A stretch of 64,000 bases of DNA from an uncultured Gammaproteobacteria bacterium (GCA_964418585.1 CAYQMG010000072.1:19121-83120), one strand, 5' to 3'. Numbered from the stretch's first letter, positions 47,795 to 58,370 are shown. The notes: generated by a model not told the origin, from the sequence alone. Made by a program: numbers and translations.

Positions 47795-48640
47795 CTACTG
47801 GCCGAGATCTTCCGGAATATCCGGCATATCGAACGTGGTGACCACCGACATCACCCCGGCACCGCTCACCGCGTTCGTCACCAGGTGATTCAGGTTGGTG
47901 GACACGTGCTGCTCATCCACGACGCCCCGCTCGAGGCCAGACAGGGCGATGGCATACATCTGCTGTTCGACGAACAGGTCTCCCGGAAGGGTGAGGGAGG
48001 TCACGTCGCTTTGGGTCAGGAATTCGAACAGCTCATTCAAATCTCGAGGCAAGTTGTCATACACCTCGTTCCCCGAGGAATCGAACACGGCGGCCACCAC
48101 GTTGTCCACCGGATTGGCCCAGCGCAGAGGCAAGTCGGTTCCGGGTTCGTGGTACTCGCCCAACTCAGTGGGAGACTCGAGCTGAATGGCGTCGGCCGCG
48201 ACGAACTTGATCCAGTAGTCGCTTCCGGAGAAATTCATGTTGACGGTGTATTCGCCGCCGACGACGTACTTGAATTCGGGTTCCTGAAGGGAGGTGAGTC
48301 CATACAGGCCCGGATTGTCCTCATCAGGGATCAAGTCGAAGGTCCCATTCGGCGTCGTGATCGTGACGGTGGCATCGGCCACCCCCTCTCCCGAGAAGGG
48401 GCTGGAACTTTCCACGCTGGCCTCGGTCAACCGGCCGATGGCGACGACGACGGAGGTGGGCACGTCACCGTTGATTCCGAACTGGGACAGCGTATCGGTC
48501 GCCTCAGGAGGCGCGCCGAGCAACACCACCTCTGCAGCAACCGGAGCGAAATACTGCGCGGAATCCTCCAGGAGCGCGCATGCTGTCAAGCCAATGGATA
48601 CCAACGCCGCAAACGCGACGCCGAGGAGTCGTCTCTTCAT
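47795..48640 (-). CDS. Hypothetical lipoprotein
   Basis: MKRRLLGVAFAALVSIGLTAC... (signal peptide plus LTAC lipobox). No recognisable domain. ATG at 48640 with GGAGG RBS. Confidence 0.5.
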   Translation of the reverse strand: MKRRLLGVAFAALVSIGLTACALLEDSAQYFAPVAAEVVLLGAPPEATDTLSQFGINGDVPTSVVVAIGRLTEASVESSSPFSGEGVADATVTITTPNGTFDLIPDEDNPGLYGLTSLQEPEFKYVVGGEYTVNMNFSGSDYWIKFVAADAIQLESPTELGEYHEPGTDLPLRWANPVDNVVAAVFDSSGNEVYDNLPRDLNELFEFLTQSDVTSLTLPGDLFVEQQMYAIALSGLERGVVDEQHVSTNLNHLVTNAVSGAGVMSVVTTFDMPDIPEDLGQ

Positions 48641-48771
48641 TGCAACCTCCACGAAGCACGCAGCCACCGGGGCTGGACCGCACGCATTGAGACCGTTGTT
48701 GTTCCTGTACCCTTTCACTCGGAAGCCCGGCGAGCAAACTTAGGACTTTCGCCTGCCTGGCGCTCAAGGAT

Positions 48772-49212
48772 TCATCCGATGGTGAAGGTCAATTCCGCAC
48801 TCGCTACCAACTCCTCACCGACCAAGGCCCTTCCTTGTAATATTACGAGGTTTCCAAAGACTTTCAAGACGTTCACGTCGAGTTCGAGCATTTCCCCCGG
48901 CCGTACCGGTCGCCGAAACCGCGCCTTTTCCACTCGAGCGAGATATTTCCCTTCGGAGTCGGGTGCGCCGTTCTCGGAGGGTTCGCTGAACAGGAGGGCA
49001 CCCATCTGGCCGAGGGCCTCGATGATCAGGACACCTGGGAAAATGGGGTGTCCCGGAAAGTGCCCCTGGAGGTACGGGTCGGTGGCGGAAACCATCTTGA
49101 CCCCCCTCCCCCGTTGGCCAGGCTCCATTTCCAGCACGCGGTCGACGAACAGAAAGGGATACCGGTGAGGAATCCGACGCAGGATCTCCTCGAGAGACAA
49201 CGATTCACTCAT
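48772..49212 (-). CDS. fabZ: 3-hydroxyacyl-[ACP] dehydratase FabZ (hot-dog fold)
   Basis: RYPFLFVDRVLEMEPG...ATDPYLQGHFPGHPIFPGVLIIEALGQ...: canonical FabZ motifs. ATG at 49212 with GGAGGTG RBS. The listed ORF opens upstream without support. Confidence 0.85.
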   Translation of the reverse strand: MSESLSLEEILRRIPHRYPFLFVDRVLEMEPGQRGRGVKMVSATDPYLQGHFPGHPIFPGVLIIEALGQMGALLFSEPSENGAPDSEGKYLARVEKARFRRPVRPGEMLELDVNVLKVFGNLVILQGRALVGEELVASAELTFTIG

Positions 49213-50380
49213 GCACACCTCCATGTTCGGCCGTGTTGCCGTCTCCGTTGCGTGGAATCCTGGGCACATGCTCCGCGATGCGGGTGACCACCTCGTAGTT
49301 GATGGTCCCGATCCAGGCACCCATCTGCTCGGCCGTTACTTCCTCATCCCCCTGGGCGCCCAACAATACCACTTCTTCTTCCAACTTCACGTCAGGGATG
49401 TCGGTAACGTCCACCATGATCATGTTCATGCACACCCGACCTCGCACCGGGGCGCGGACCCCGCGAACCAGCACGTGGCCGGTGTTGGAGAGCTTGCGAT
49501 CATAGCCGTCGTAATAGCCGACCGGGAGCACTGCGAGACGGATGGGGTGGGTGGCCTTGAAGGTGCACCCGTAGCCGACGAACTCCCCGGTCTCAACCAC
49601 CTTCACCTGGGCGACGCGGGTCTTCCAGGTGAGTGCTGGACGAAGCACGACCTGCTCGCGGTGCATTCGGAGTGCAGACACGAGCGTCTCGGGCGAGGGC
49701 CAGAGTCCATAGGTCGCGATCCCGGTTCGAACCATGTCGAACTGAGTTTCCTCGAACAGGATGGTGGCTGCACTGTTGGCCGCGTGGAACATGGGCGGGG
49801 GCAGGCTGGAGGCGCGGATCCGCTGGATCCCCTCCTGGAACCTCCGAAGCTGAAGCTGGGCGAACCGGTGGTCGGTGGTGTCCTCGATGTTCGCGAAATG
49901 GGTGGCGACCCCTTCCAGCACGACCCCCTCGTCCACACAGGCTCGAGCCAGGTCCAGGAGGTGTTCGAGATCGACACCTTGCCGATTGTTGCCGGTCTCC
50001 AGCTTGAGGTGCGCACGGGCGGGACGCCCGAGTTTCCGGGCCGCCTCGCCCAGGGCCACCACGGTTTCCCGGTTGTAGACCACCACCCGGCCGTCGAGCG
50101 CAACCAGGGGCTCGAGGTCTTCGAGTGCCACGTATCCCATCACATAGATCGGAGCCTGGATTCCGGCGGATCGAAGACGTGCCAACTCCTCCAGGGCGTT
50201 GACGCAAAGCCAGTCCGCCCCCCCCTCGAGGAAAGCTCGAGCCGCAACGAGGAGGCCATGTCCATAGGCATTGGCCTTGACCACGGCAGCGAGGCGCACC
50301 TGGGGTGCGAGGAGGGACTTCAACGAGGCCACGTTGTGCCGGAGGGCCGAGACATCGACTTCACACCAGACCAGGTTCAT
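49205..50380 (-). CDS. alr: Alanine racemase
   Basis: AVVKANAYGHG PLP-Lys motif and C-terminal ...GRVCMNMIMVDVT... 8-nt overlap with the fabZ start. Confidence 0.85.
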   Translation of the reverse strand: MNLVWCEVDVSALRHNVASLKSLLAPQVRLAAVVKANAYGHGLLVAARAFLEGGADWLCVNALEELARLRSAGIQAPIYVMGYVALEDLEPLVALDGRVVVYNRETVVALGEAARKLGRPARAHLKLETGNNRQGVDLEHLLDLARACVDEGVVLEGVATHFANIEDTTDHRFAQLQLRRFQEGIQRIRASSLPPPMFHAANSAATILFEETQFDMVRTGIATYGLWPSPETLVSALRMHREQVVLRPALTWKTRVAQVKVVETGEFVGYGCTFKATHPIRLAVLPVGYYDGYDRKLSNTGHVLVRGVRAPVRGRVCMNMIMVDVTDIPDVKLEEEVVLLGAQGDEEVTAEQMGAWIGTINYEVVTRIAEHVPRIPRNGDGNTAEHGGVHE

Positions 50381-50401
50381 GGTATCCGCCGGGATCGGGG
50401 G

Positions 50402-50995
50402 CTATTTCTTGAGGGGCAATGCTTCCTGCACGTCCCCCGGCTTTTCAGGAACGAAGCACCGGCGGCACCGGGCCTCGTAGGCGTCCGTGGCGCCGAGCAG
50501 GAACCGAGCTTCGCGGTTTACGATCCGCTGAGAACGGTCGGCGGGATTACCGCACACCATGCAGATGGCCAGGTTCTTGGTGATGTATTCGGCCACGGCG
50601 AGCAACCGGGCGATGGTCTCGAACGGCTGGCCCCGGTAGTCCTGGTCCAGGCCGGCGACGATGACCCGCTTCCCCATGTTCGCCATTTCCTCGCAGGTGT
50701 CCACCAGGGATTCATCGAAGAACTGGGCCTCGTCCACTCCCACCACGTCGAATTCGCGGGACAGGGCCACCATGTCGGCGGGGTCCTGCACCATGATGGA
50801 TTCCATCTGGGTGTCGTCATGGCTCACCACGTGGGTACGGGAGTAGCGGGTGTCAAGCATGGGCTTGAACACGACCACCCGTTGCTTCGCATACTGTGCG
50901 CGCCGCAAGCGCCGGATCAATTCCTCGGTCTTGCCGCTGAACATGCAGCCGGTCACGACTTCGATCCAGCCGGTGCCAGAAGGCATCAAGTACAT
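50402..50995 (-). CDS. tdk: Thymidine kinase
   Basis: P-loop GCMFSGKTEELIRR. Zn ribbon CMVCG...CRRC. 197 aa. Confidence 0.85.
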   Translation of the reverse strand: MYLMPSGTGWIEVVTGCMFSGKTEELIRRLRRAQYAKQRVVVFKPMLDTRYSRTHVVSHDDTQMESIMVQDPADMVALSREFDVVGVDEAQFFDESLVDTCEEMANMGKRVIVAGLDQDYRGQPFETIARLLAVAEYITKNLAICMVCGNPADRSQRIVNREARFLLGATDAYEARCRRCFVPEKPGDVQEALPLKK

Positions 50996-51010
50996 GTCGA
51001 TTCTTCCGGT

Positions 51011-52147
51011 TCAAGTGAGTTGTATGGTGGCCTCGTCAAGGTGTGTCCAACGGATCACGACTTCATCCGGGCTGGTTCCTGCGAGGGGTTTGAGTGTTGC
51101 GCGGTCGGAGAAGAACCCTTCCGGGAGCGGGCGACGGCACCAGGGGTTGTGGCAACAGAGGAGCCTGAGATCGACGCCGCTTTCCTTCCACAGCTTTTCG
51201 GCGAGCAACACGGCCCCGAGGTTTCTACCCTCCTTGCGATTGAACACCGATTCGGCGAACCGTGTGGAGAAATCCCGAATCAGCTCCCGCCGTCCCCCCA
51301 GGGTACGCCAGTTGAACGACATGCGCGGCTTGCCGTAGAAGAAGTCGTAGATGTAGTTGCTGCTCAGATTCCACTCATCGTTGTTGAACAGGACGATGAC
51401 CAGGGGACACCGCGAATCGCCCACCTCCTGGTGCCGCGCCACTTCCCGGGCGATGACCTCCCGGAACCGGTCGAGGACCTGTTGCGTCTCCAGGGGCATG
51501 AGGTAGAAGCCGACAAGCTTGTCGGTGGACTTGCTCACACGCCCGAGCACGGAGAACTCCACGTGGACGCCCCCGTCACGATATTCGGCGTAGTGGCCGC
51601 CGTGAGGGTCCTCGTCGAGGCGGTGGAACCAGCTCTCCAGGGCTCTCCGAACGATGCCGGGGTCGAAATCCGCGGGGAGCCAGCGCCTCAAATAGACGGC
51701 GAAGCGATACCGGTGCTTGATCCGATTCAATTCGTCGATGAAGTTGAGGTAGGCTCGGCGTGCATAGTGTGGATGCCCTTCGGGGATGAAGGAGACCACG
51801 GTGAGGCAGAACTCGCGGTCACTGTCCGGAGCCCCGATGCGGTAGAACGGCTGGGAAGGGGGCCGTGGGTATTCCAGGATCTCGAACCCTTCCCGATGGA
51901 TGAGCTGATGGATGGCCAGTTCGGCGAATCCCTGGAAGAAGACGTCATTCTTGACCGAGGTGAGCCGATCTCGATAGAGCGCTGCAGCGCGCCGAGGGAC
52001 CTGCCGGAACCACTCCTCCATGGCCTCCCGGAACACACGGATCTGGGGCTCGTCATCACGAACCAGGATCGAGACCAGGAACGAGCCGTTCACGGCTTCG
52101 CCGCGACCCTGGATCTCCGCCAGCAATGAGTCGGAAAACAATGCCAT
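51011..52147 (-). CDS. Conserved hypothetical protein (~379 aa), no recognisable family
   Basis: Long ORF with coding-like composition immediately downstream of tdk. No motif matched from memory. The start was chosen at MALFSDS (52147); the listed ORF extends to 52231. Confidence 0.4.
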   Translation of the reverse strand: MALFSDSLLAEIQGRGEAVNGSFLVSILVRDDEPQIRVFREAMEEWFRQVPRRAAALYRDRLTSVKNDVFFQGFAELAIHQLIHREGFEILEYPRPPSQPFYRIGAPDSDREFCLTVVSFIPEGHPHYARRAYLNFIDELNRIKHRYRFAVYLRRWLPADFDPGIVRRALESWFHRLDEDPHGGHYAEYRDGGVHVEFSVLGRVSKSTDKLVGFYLMPLETQQVLDRFREVIAREVARHQEVGDSRCPLVIVLFNNDEWNLSSNYIYDFFYGKPRMSFNWRTLGGRRELIRDFSTRFAESVFNRKEGRNLGAVLLAEKLWKESGVDLRLLCCHNPWCRRPLPEGFFSDRATLKPLAGTSPDEVVIRWTHLDEATIQLT

Positions 52148-52289
52148 TGGCGCAGGCAAGCCCAGGTGCCCCAGAAGCGGGAAACAATGCCGGTACCACG
52201 TCCTCTGTCGGTATGCGTGGTCCGGTACCACGTCATTCGTTCAAATGCGACTCGATTATACCGCGCCCCGTAGGCGCTGACAAGTGTCA

Positions 52290-53813
52290 ATGAATTTGAC
52301 ATTCCACTTGCAGGCACGGTATCAGTTCGAAATGCGTTCCGGATCTCCTCTCTTGCCTCCACTGTCGCTGGAATTCACCTTGACTTCGTCCATCGTGGCG
52401 GTGGCGGTCCTCTTCGCCTGCTCCAAGCCGGTCAGCACGATCGACCTGAGCATGTTCCTGCAGATGGGCTCCTGGATGTGGACCCACGGCCGCTTGCTGG
52501 AAGTGGAACCGTTCGCGACGGCGGCCCTCGGACAGTCGTACATCAACGGAACATGGCTCTCCCAGCTCGTGTTGCACGGGGTCTTCCTCCTGGGAGGCTA
52601 TCCCGCACTCCAGCTCCTCCTGGGCCTGACGGTCCTGCTCACCCTGGCGACGATTTCTCTCCTGTGCAAGCCGTTCGGCCCTCGAATCACCGTCATCGGC
52701 ACCTGCGTCGCATTCGCTTTCCTGCTCCAAAACATGGCGATTCGGCCCCAAATGTTCTCCTTCCCCCTGTTTGCAGCCATCCTGTGGCTCCTCTTGCGCC
52801 ATCCCAACCATCCCGCCACCCCCCCCACCCTCGCCGCCCTCATGGCCCTCTGGACCAACCTCCACGGCGCGTTCCCGGTCGCCATGGCCTTCCCCGCAGC
52901 GTTTGCGGCGCAAGCGGGACTCGAACAGCGCCTTCAGCGTCCCTCGACCACCGGGGCGACCTGGCAACGATGGGTCTTGCTGGGTTCGGTGATGGCTGCG
53001 GCAACGTTGGTCAACCCTTACGGCATCACCATCTATCGCTATTTCATCGAAAACAGCTCCCTTCCAGCCACACGGCGCTTGAGCGAATGGCTCCCGCCTT
53101 CGCCGAGCAGCTTTCTCGGGGGCCGTTTCTTCCTTGGTGCAGCGGTCGTGACCGGCCTGTTGGTGTGGAAGCGTCACCGACTTCGACTGTGCGACCTCGG
53201 CCTCTACCTGGTTTTCACCGTCCCCGCGTTCAGCAGCCAGCGCATGATTGCCTGGTGGGGGCTGGTGATTCCGACAATCCTGGGCCGCGCTCTTGCGGAA
53301 GACCGGAAAACGGTCGTTGGCACGGACCACGGGAAGCCACAACGCTTGCACAGCTGGCTCGGGTGGGGCATGATCGGGTTCTGGATCGCCATGTTCGCCG
53401 CTTCCCTCCCCTCCGTACTGGATGACCGGCAGGACGACCGGGGGGACTATGCAGGCCTCGACGACGACACGCCGGCCCGGGTGGTGACCTATCTGTCGGA
53501 GGGGGATGGCGGACGGATGTTCCATCGTCTGGAATGGGGAGGATACCTGGCCTTTCGACTCTGGCCGGCCTACCAGCCGTTCATCGACATCCGCATCTGG
53601 ATCTTCTCCGACGAAGTCTGGCAACAATACCTGTCGGCCAGCCGCGGAGACGACGGCTGGGAGGAATTGATGAGGCGATATGCCATCGACACTCTTGTCC
53701 TCTGTCTCGAGACGCAGTCCGGGTTGATCGAAGCCGCCAGGCGAGCCTCAGACTGGACGGAAACCTATGCAGACGACCAGGCAGTCGTCTTCGTACACGA
53801 CCCTGGTGAATGA
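52290..53813 (+). CDS. Polytopic membrane protein with C-terminal soluble domain (GT-C-like, possible glycosyl/arabinosyl-transferase class), uncharacterised
   Basis: About 11 predicted TM helices followed by a ~120-aa hydrophilic C-terminal domain. The topology resembles GT-C enzymes, and a YfhO-family protein is nearby. The start is ambiguous (GTG 52284, ATG 52290 or ATG 52332). Confidence 0.4.
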   Translation: MNLTFHLQARYQFEMRSGSPLLPPLSLEFTLTSSIVAVAVLFACSKPVSTIDLSMFLQMGSWMWTHGRLLEVEPFATAALGQSYINGTWLSQLVLHGVFLLGGYPALQLLLGLTVLLTLATISLLCKPFGPRITVIGTCVAFAFLLQNMAIRPQMFSFPLFAAILWLLLRHPNHPATPPTLAALMALWTNLHGAFPVAMAFPAAFAAQAGLEQRLQRPSTTGATWQRWVLLGSVMAAATLVNPYGITIYRYFIENSSLPATRRLSEWLPPSPSSFLGGRFFLGAAVVTGLLVWKRHRLRLCDLGLYLVFTVPAFSSQRMIAWWGLVIPTILGRALAEDRKTVVGTDHGKPQRLHSWLGWGMIGFWIAMFAASLPSVLDDRQDDRGDYAGLDDDTPARVVTYLSEGDGGRMFHRLEWGGYLAFRLWPAYQPFIDIRIWIFSDEVWQQYLSASRGDDGWEELMRRYAIDTLVLCLETQSGLIEAARRASDWTETYADDQAVVFVHDPGE

Positions 53814-53832
53814 GAGGTGGTGCGACGTGGAT

Positions 53833-54555
53833 ATGGACGAATGGGTGAGGCAACTTCAGGCGAACCTGGACGAAGGACTGCTTGGGCACTTCTACGATAC
53901 CGTATCGGTACAGCCGGGCGACGTTTTTTCCACGCTCCGTGAGGCAGGTATCAAGGTGTATTCGGTCACTGATGTGCAAGGAGTTCCGACCGAAGTGCTC
54001 GACCCTGTGGTGGACAAACTCATCCGGCGGACCACCTGGCGTGGGACCTTTTACGGGGCCACTTTCGGCCTGGGCGGAATGCTGTCGATCCCCCCCGAAC
54101 TGGGCTACGTACTCGTCACCATGATCCGCCTTGCCCAGCAGGTGTCTCTCTGCTACGGCCAGGAGTACGACACCCAGCGCGGTCGAATCGAACTGTGGTC
54201 TGCACTGGGTCGAAGCATGGGAATCGATCTGGACCTGGAGGGACTCGAGTCGGAACTTTATCGGAAACTTCCGGTGGTGTTTGGGACAGGGCCGTTCCGG
54301 GACCCTCTGATGCTCAAGCTCGCGCAGAAAGTGCTCGTCACGGTGGGCGTCCGCCTCTCGACTCGAGCGGCCCGTTTCATCCCGCTTGTGGGCGCCGGGG
54401 TGGGAGTGGTTACGACTTACACCTATCTTGCCAATCTGGGGAAACACCTGAAGGAGGAGTATCGGGCCCGGCACCAACTGCTCCACTTGAAGCTTGATGA
54501 GGAAGGATTTTCGGAGGAGATCCCATACACGATGCGCAAAGAGGATAGGGGCTGA
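53833..54555 (+). CDS. EcsC-family protein
   Basis: Sequence pattern of EcsC-like proteins (VLDPVVDKLIRRTTWRGTFYGATFGLGG...). ATG at 53833 with GAGAGGTGG RBS. The listed ORF opens at 53767 inside the previous gene. Confidence 0.55.
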   Translation: MDEWVRQLQANLDEGLLGHFYDTVSVQPGDVFSTLREAGIKVYSVTDVQGVPTEVLDPVVDKLIRRTTWRGTFYGATFGLGGMLSIPPELGYVLVTMIRLAQQVSLCYGQEYDTQRGRIELWSALGRSMGIDLDLEGLESELYRKLPVVFGTGPFRDPLMLKLAQKVLVTVGVRLSTRAARFIPLVGAGVGVVTTYTYLANLGKHLKEEYRARHQLLHLKLDEEGFSEEIPYTMRKEDRG

Positions 54556-54868
54556 TGGAGCCCCGACCGGCAGCCTGCTCACCGGTTCGGATTCGAGCCG
54601 ACAGCGGGCCTGGGCTCCGTCGGAACACCAGGAAATCCGGGAAGAGAGGAGACGCGAGGCGCCTGGAAACGGCGTCGAGCGGGTGGCACGAGCCGTACCA
54701 GAGTGAATCGGCGGGCGAGCGGGGTTGACAATGGGGCCGACTTGGACTACCGTACGGTCTTTCAGCGTGTGCGATACCGGTCTGTCCAAGGCGTCTCCGG
54801 CCGCCGGTATCGCTGCTCGACAAGGCAGCGAGCGGGACACGTGAAATCGCGATCGGAGAATCACGCAC

Positions 54869-55648
54869 ATGGACGGTAGCCTTGGTGATGTCTCCGCGGG
54901 GCTGGCCACTGCGACGCCGGTGCCCCTGGGGACCGGAAGAGAGCTGAGCACGATCGACATCGTCCTTCAGGCCGAGCCGGTCTTGCAGTTCACCCTCCTG
55001 GTATTGATCGTTTTCTCGATCGTTTCGTGGGGAATCATCTTCTACAAGTTCCGGTATCTCCGCCACGCGGCTCGTGAGACGTCGGAGTTTCTCGAGGCGT
55101 TTTGGCGGTCGGACAACCTGGACGAAGCGTATCGGTCGGTGAGCAATTACCCTCATGCTCCGGTTGCCCAGGTATTCCGGGCAGGTTTTGCCGAGCTTCG
55201 GCGTCTGCTGGCGGTGGACAGTGACGACCGGTCTCCGAAAAAGGAGCGCAAGGGCGAAGCAACCGCCAACATGGGTCCCTCGAGCCTGGACAACGTGATC
55301 CGGGCCCTGCGCCGGGCGGGGACCGCCCAGGTGACCGTACTCGAGCGGCGGCTGTCGTTCCTGGCCACGTGCGGTTCGACCTCGCCGTTCATCGGGTTGT
55401 TCGGAACGGTCTGGGGGATCTTGCGCGCATTTCAGCGTATTGGTGCGGCCGGTTCTGCGTCGATCGCGACCGTGGGTCCTGCGATCTCGGAAGCCTTGAT
55501 CGCGACGGCGGTGGGCTTGTTTGCGGCGATACCGGCGGTGATCGCCTACAACTACTTCTTGAGTCGTGTTCGAATTCTCACGGCGGAGATGGACAACTTC
55601 TCGTCCGACTTCCTGAACATCGTGAAGCGACATTTCGTCAAGGATTGA
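54869..55648 (+). CDS. tolQ: Tol-Pal system protein TolQ (MotA/TolQ/ExbB proton channel)
   Basis: Three-TM architecture with a conserved C-terminal block (...GTVWGILRAFQRIGAAGSASIATVGPAISEALIATAVGLFAAIPAVIAYNYF...). GGAGAA RBS. Confidence 0.85.
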   Translation: MDGSLGDVSAGLATATPVPLGTGRELSTIDIVLQAEPVLQFTLLVLIVFSIVSWGIIFYKFRYLRHAARETSEFLEAFWRSDNLDEAYRSVSNYPHAPVAQVFRAGFAELRRLLAVDSDDRSPKKERKGEATANMGPSSLDNVIRALRRAGTAQVTVLERRLSFLATCGSTSPFIGLFGTVWGILRAFQRIGAAGSASIATVGPAISEALIATAVGLFAAIPAVIAYNYFLSRVRILTAEMDNFSSDFLNIVKRHFVKD

Positions 55649-55708
55649 TGGAATGCTCGGTGCTGGGCGGGACGGGTCCCGTCGTGAAAGGCGAGCGAGG
55701 CAGATTGC

Positions 55709-56152
55709 ATGGGAATGGTCACCGGTGACGATGCGTCGAGGGTTTCGAGCGGGGGCCCGATGATGGCGGAAATCAACGTCACGCCCCTGGTGGACGTGAT
55801 GCTGGTGCTCCTGGTCATCTTCATGGTGACCGCGCCGCTGTTGCAGCAGGGGCTGGAGGTGGCGTTGCCGCGAACCACCGCGCCGGGATTGAAGTCGGCG
55901 GGTGAGACGACATTGATCGTGACCATCGACCAGGATCAGCGTGTGTTCATGGCTCGAGAGCCGGTGGACCTGGAGGCGTTGGGTTCGAAGCTTCAGAAGA
56001 TCGTGGCCAACAACCCGGACAAGCAGGTCTTTCTGAAGGCGGACCGGGCGGTTCCATACGGGGTTGTGGTTCAGGTCATGGCGACCATACGGAAAGCTGG
56101 GGTGACAAGACTGGGCATGGTGACTCAGCCCGGGGACGAGGCCAAGCCGTGA
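55709..56152 (+). CDS. tolR: Tol-Pal system protein TolR (ExbD/TolR)
   Basis: EINVTPLVDVMLVLLVIFMVTAP... (biopolymer transport ExbD/TolR signature). Confidence 0.8.
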   Translation: MGMVTGDDASRVSSGGPMMAEINVTPLVDVMLVLLVIFMVTAPLLQQGLEVALPRTTAPGLKSAGETTLIVTIDQDQRVFMAREPVDLEALGSKLQKIVANNPDKQVFLKADRAVPYGVVVQVMATIRKAGVTRLGMVTQPGDEAKP

Positions 56153-56982
56153 CGATCCAGCCGAGGCACGCCGTCTACGGGCCTGTCTGGGAGCGACAGT
56201 TCCTGAAAATGGTGGGGCTGTCGGCGGCCCTGCACGCGGCCCTGCTGGCGGTGGTATCGTTGGTCAAATGGACCGGGATGGCGGAGCCGTTGCTTCCGTT
56301 CGACGATACCATCGTGGTGAGCCTGGTGTCGACCATGCCTGGGGGGGAGAGTCCGGTCGGAAAGAAGTCGAATACGCCGCCGCGAAAGGAGACGTATGTA
56401 GCGGAACCCGAGCCGCCGGCGCCCGGGGATGAACCGGTCTTTGATCCAGCCACGGAAGCGAAATCCATTGAAGCTGCGATGAAACCGGAGCCCACGCCGA
56501 AGCCTCGCGGCCTGGACGAGGAGGCCCGGGCGCGTCTCAACCAGGTGCTGGCCAGGCAGCGGCTTCGGGCGCGTGTGGCGGCGTTGAGCGGGACTCGAGG
56601 CGCACGGAACCGGACCGGGAGTTCTCCGGAAGGGACACGGGAGGGCTCGGGGAGTGGGGGAGGTTTTTCCGGCTCGGCAAGCAGCGTCGACCCGGAATGG
56701 GCTCGAGCCTTGAACGAGCGTTTCCGCCAGGTGTGGTATGTACTGCCGACCCTGCAAGCCAGGAACCTGGTGGTGCACGTGAACGTGGAGGTCGACGCCG
56801 ATGGCGAGATTCGAACCGTGACCGTCAAGCAATCGTCAGGAGAGAAAGGGTTTGACGAAGCGGCCGTCCGGGCGGTGAAGAAGGCCGCTCCCCTTCCCCT
56901 TCCTACGAAAAAGGACCTTCGGCGGGCCATTCTGTCGGAGGGATTCGTGCTCATGTTCAACCCAAAGGGGCTAAAGCAGTGA
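56149..56982 (+). CDS. tolA: TolA-like protein (TonB-C-type C-terminal domain)
   Basis: N-terminal TM anchor, Pro/Glu/Lys-rich linker and a C-terminal TonB/TolA-like domain. GTG start overlapping the tolR stop. Its position between tolR and tolB supports the call. Confidence 0.6.
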   Translation: MTIQPRHAVYGPVWERQFLKMVGLSAALHAALLAVVSLVKWTGMAEPLLPFDDTIVVSLVSTMPGGESPVGKKSNTPPRKETYVAEPEPPAPGDEPVFDPATEAKSIEAAMKPEPTPKPRGLDEEARARLNQVLARQRLRARVAALSGTRGARNRTGSSPEGTREGSGSGGGFSGSASSVDPEWARALNERFRQVWYVLPTLQARNLVVHVNVEVDADGEIRTVTVKQSSGEKGFDEAAVRAVKKAAPLPLPTKKDLRRAILSEGFVLMFNPKGLKQ

Positions 56983-58331
56983 TTTCACCACTTCCGGCAT
57001 TGGTGCGACGACCGACCTTCCTGGTCGCCTGCCTGACCTGCCTGGTGCTGAGCGGGTTCTCCTCCCAGACCGCCCTTGGGAAGGTCTACGTGGAGATCAA
57101 CGAGCCGACTCGAGAGCCGTTTCCCCTGGCCATTCCCCTCTTCAAGGACCTGAGCAAGGTGCCCACTGCGCCAGAGTTGGCCTCTCGGCTCCCGGACCTC
57201 CTCGTGTCCGACCTGCGCGTGACCGGCCTTTTCAAGCTCCTGGACCGGGACATGTACATCGAGAACCCGGCAACCGCCGGCTTGCTCCCAGACCAGATCG
57301 ACTTCTCCGCCTGGAAGCAGATCGACGCACTCGGCCTCGTGAAAGGCGGCTACGAGGTCAACGGGGGCACGATCACCGTACAACTTCGCGTGTTCGACGT
57401 GCTCGCTTCCGCCCAGATCGGTGGAAAAATCTACACCGGGTCGCTCAAGGAACTCAGGCGCCTCGCTCACCGGATGGCCAATGAGATCGTCTACCAGTTC
57501 ACGGGCACGCCGGGGTTCTTCGATAGCAAGATCGTGGCCGTCTCCACAGCGTCCGGGCACAAGGAAATCGTGGTCATGGACGTGAACGGCGCCGGCCTCA
57601 CCCCCTTGACCCAAAACGGATCCATCAACATCCTCCCGGCCTGGTCCAGAAACGGAACCAAGATCGCCTACACTTCCTTCAAGCACGGCAACCCGGATCT
57701 GTATGTGGCCGATCTGGTCCAGGGAATCACCCGGCGAGTGGCTGCGTTCGAGGGGATCAACAGTGGGGCCGCCTGGTCTCCCGTCGAGGACATCATCGCC
57801 CTCACCCTCTCCAAGGACGGGGCCCCCGACCTCTACCTGATCAACGAACGCGGCAAGGAACTCAGGCGACTGACCCACTCCTACGGCGTCGACTCTTCTC
57901 CCGCCTGGTCCCCGGATGGAACCAAGATCGCATTCGTCTCCGGCCGAGCAGGGGGCGCCCACATCTATGTCATGAACGCGGATGGCTCCGACATTCGGCG
58001 CCTCACCTACACCGGCACCCAAAACGTGTCACCCGAGTGGTCCCCGGACGGAACCAAGATCGCCTATGCCACCCGCGACCTGGGTGCTTTCGACATCATC
58101 GTGATGAATGCCGACGGTTCCAACGCTGTCCGTGTCACCCAGGACCAGGGCGACAATGAGGACCCCGCATTCTCACCAGACGGAAACTTCCTCGTTTTCT
58201 CGTCCACTCGAGACCACCCCAAGCGCGCACAACTCTACATTTCCAGCCTGGACGGCCGCTCCCAGGTCCGAATCACGAACGGACGGGCATCCTACACAAA
58301 CCCGGACTGGTCCCCAAGGGTGAACTGGTAG
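56979..58331 (+). CDS. tolB: Tol-Pal system beta-propeller protein TolB
   Basis: Signal peptide. N-terminal TolB domain. Repeated WSPDG beta-propeller blades (AWSPDGTKIAF, EWSPDGTKIAY, AFSPDGNFLVF, PDWSP). Confidence 0.85.
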   Translation: MISPLPALVRRPTFLVACLTCLVLSGFSSQTALGKVYVEINEPTREPFPLAIPLFKDLSKVPTAPELASRLPDLLVSDLRVTGLFKLLDRDMYIENPATAGLLPDQIDFSAWKQIDALGLVKGGYEVNGGTITVQLRVFDVLASAQIGGKIYTGSLKELRRLAHRMANEIVYQFTGTPGFFDSKIVAVSTASGHKEIVVMDVNGAGLTPLTQNGSINILPAWSRNGTKIAYTSFKHGNPDLYVADLVQGITRRVAAFEGINSGAAWSPVEDIIALTLSKDGAPDLYLINERGKELRRLTHSYGVDSSPAWSPDGTKIAFVSGRAGGAHIYVMNADGSDIRRLTYTGTQNVSPEWSPDGTKIAYATRDLGAFDIIVMNADGSNAVRVTQDQGDNEDPAFSPDGNFLVFSSTRDHPKRAQLYISSLDGRSQVRITNGRASYTNPDWSPRVNW

Positions 58332-58370
58332 GCCGTCCGCCGCTGCCCGGCTTCCCTTTTCCCCTCCCCA

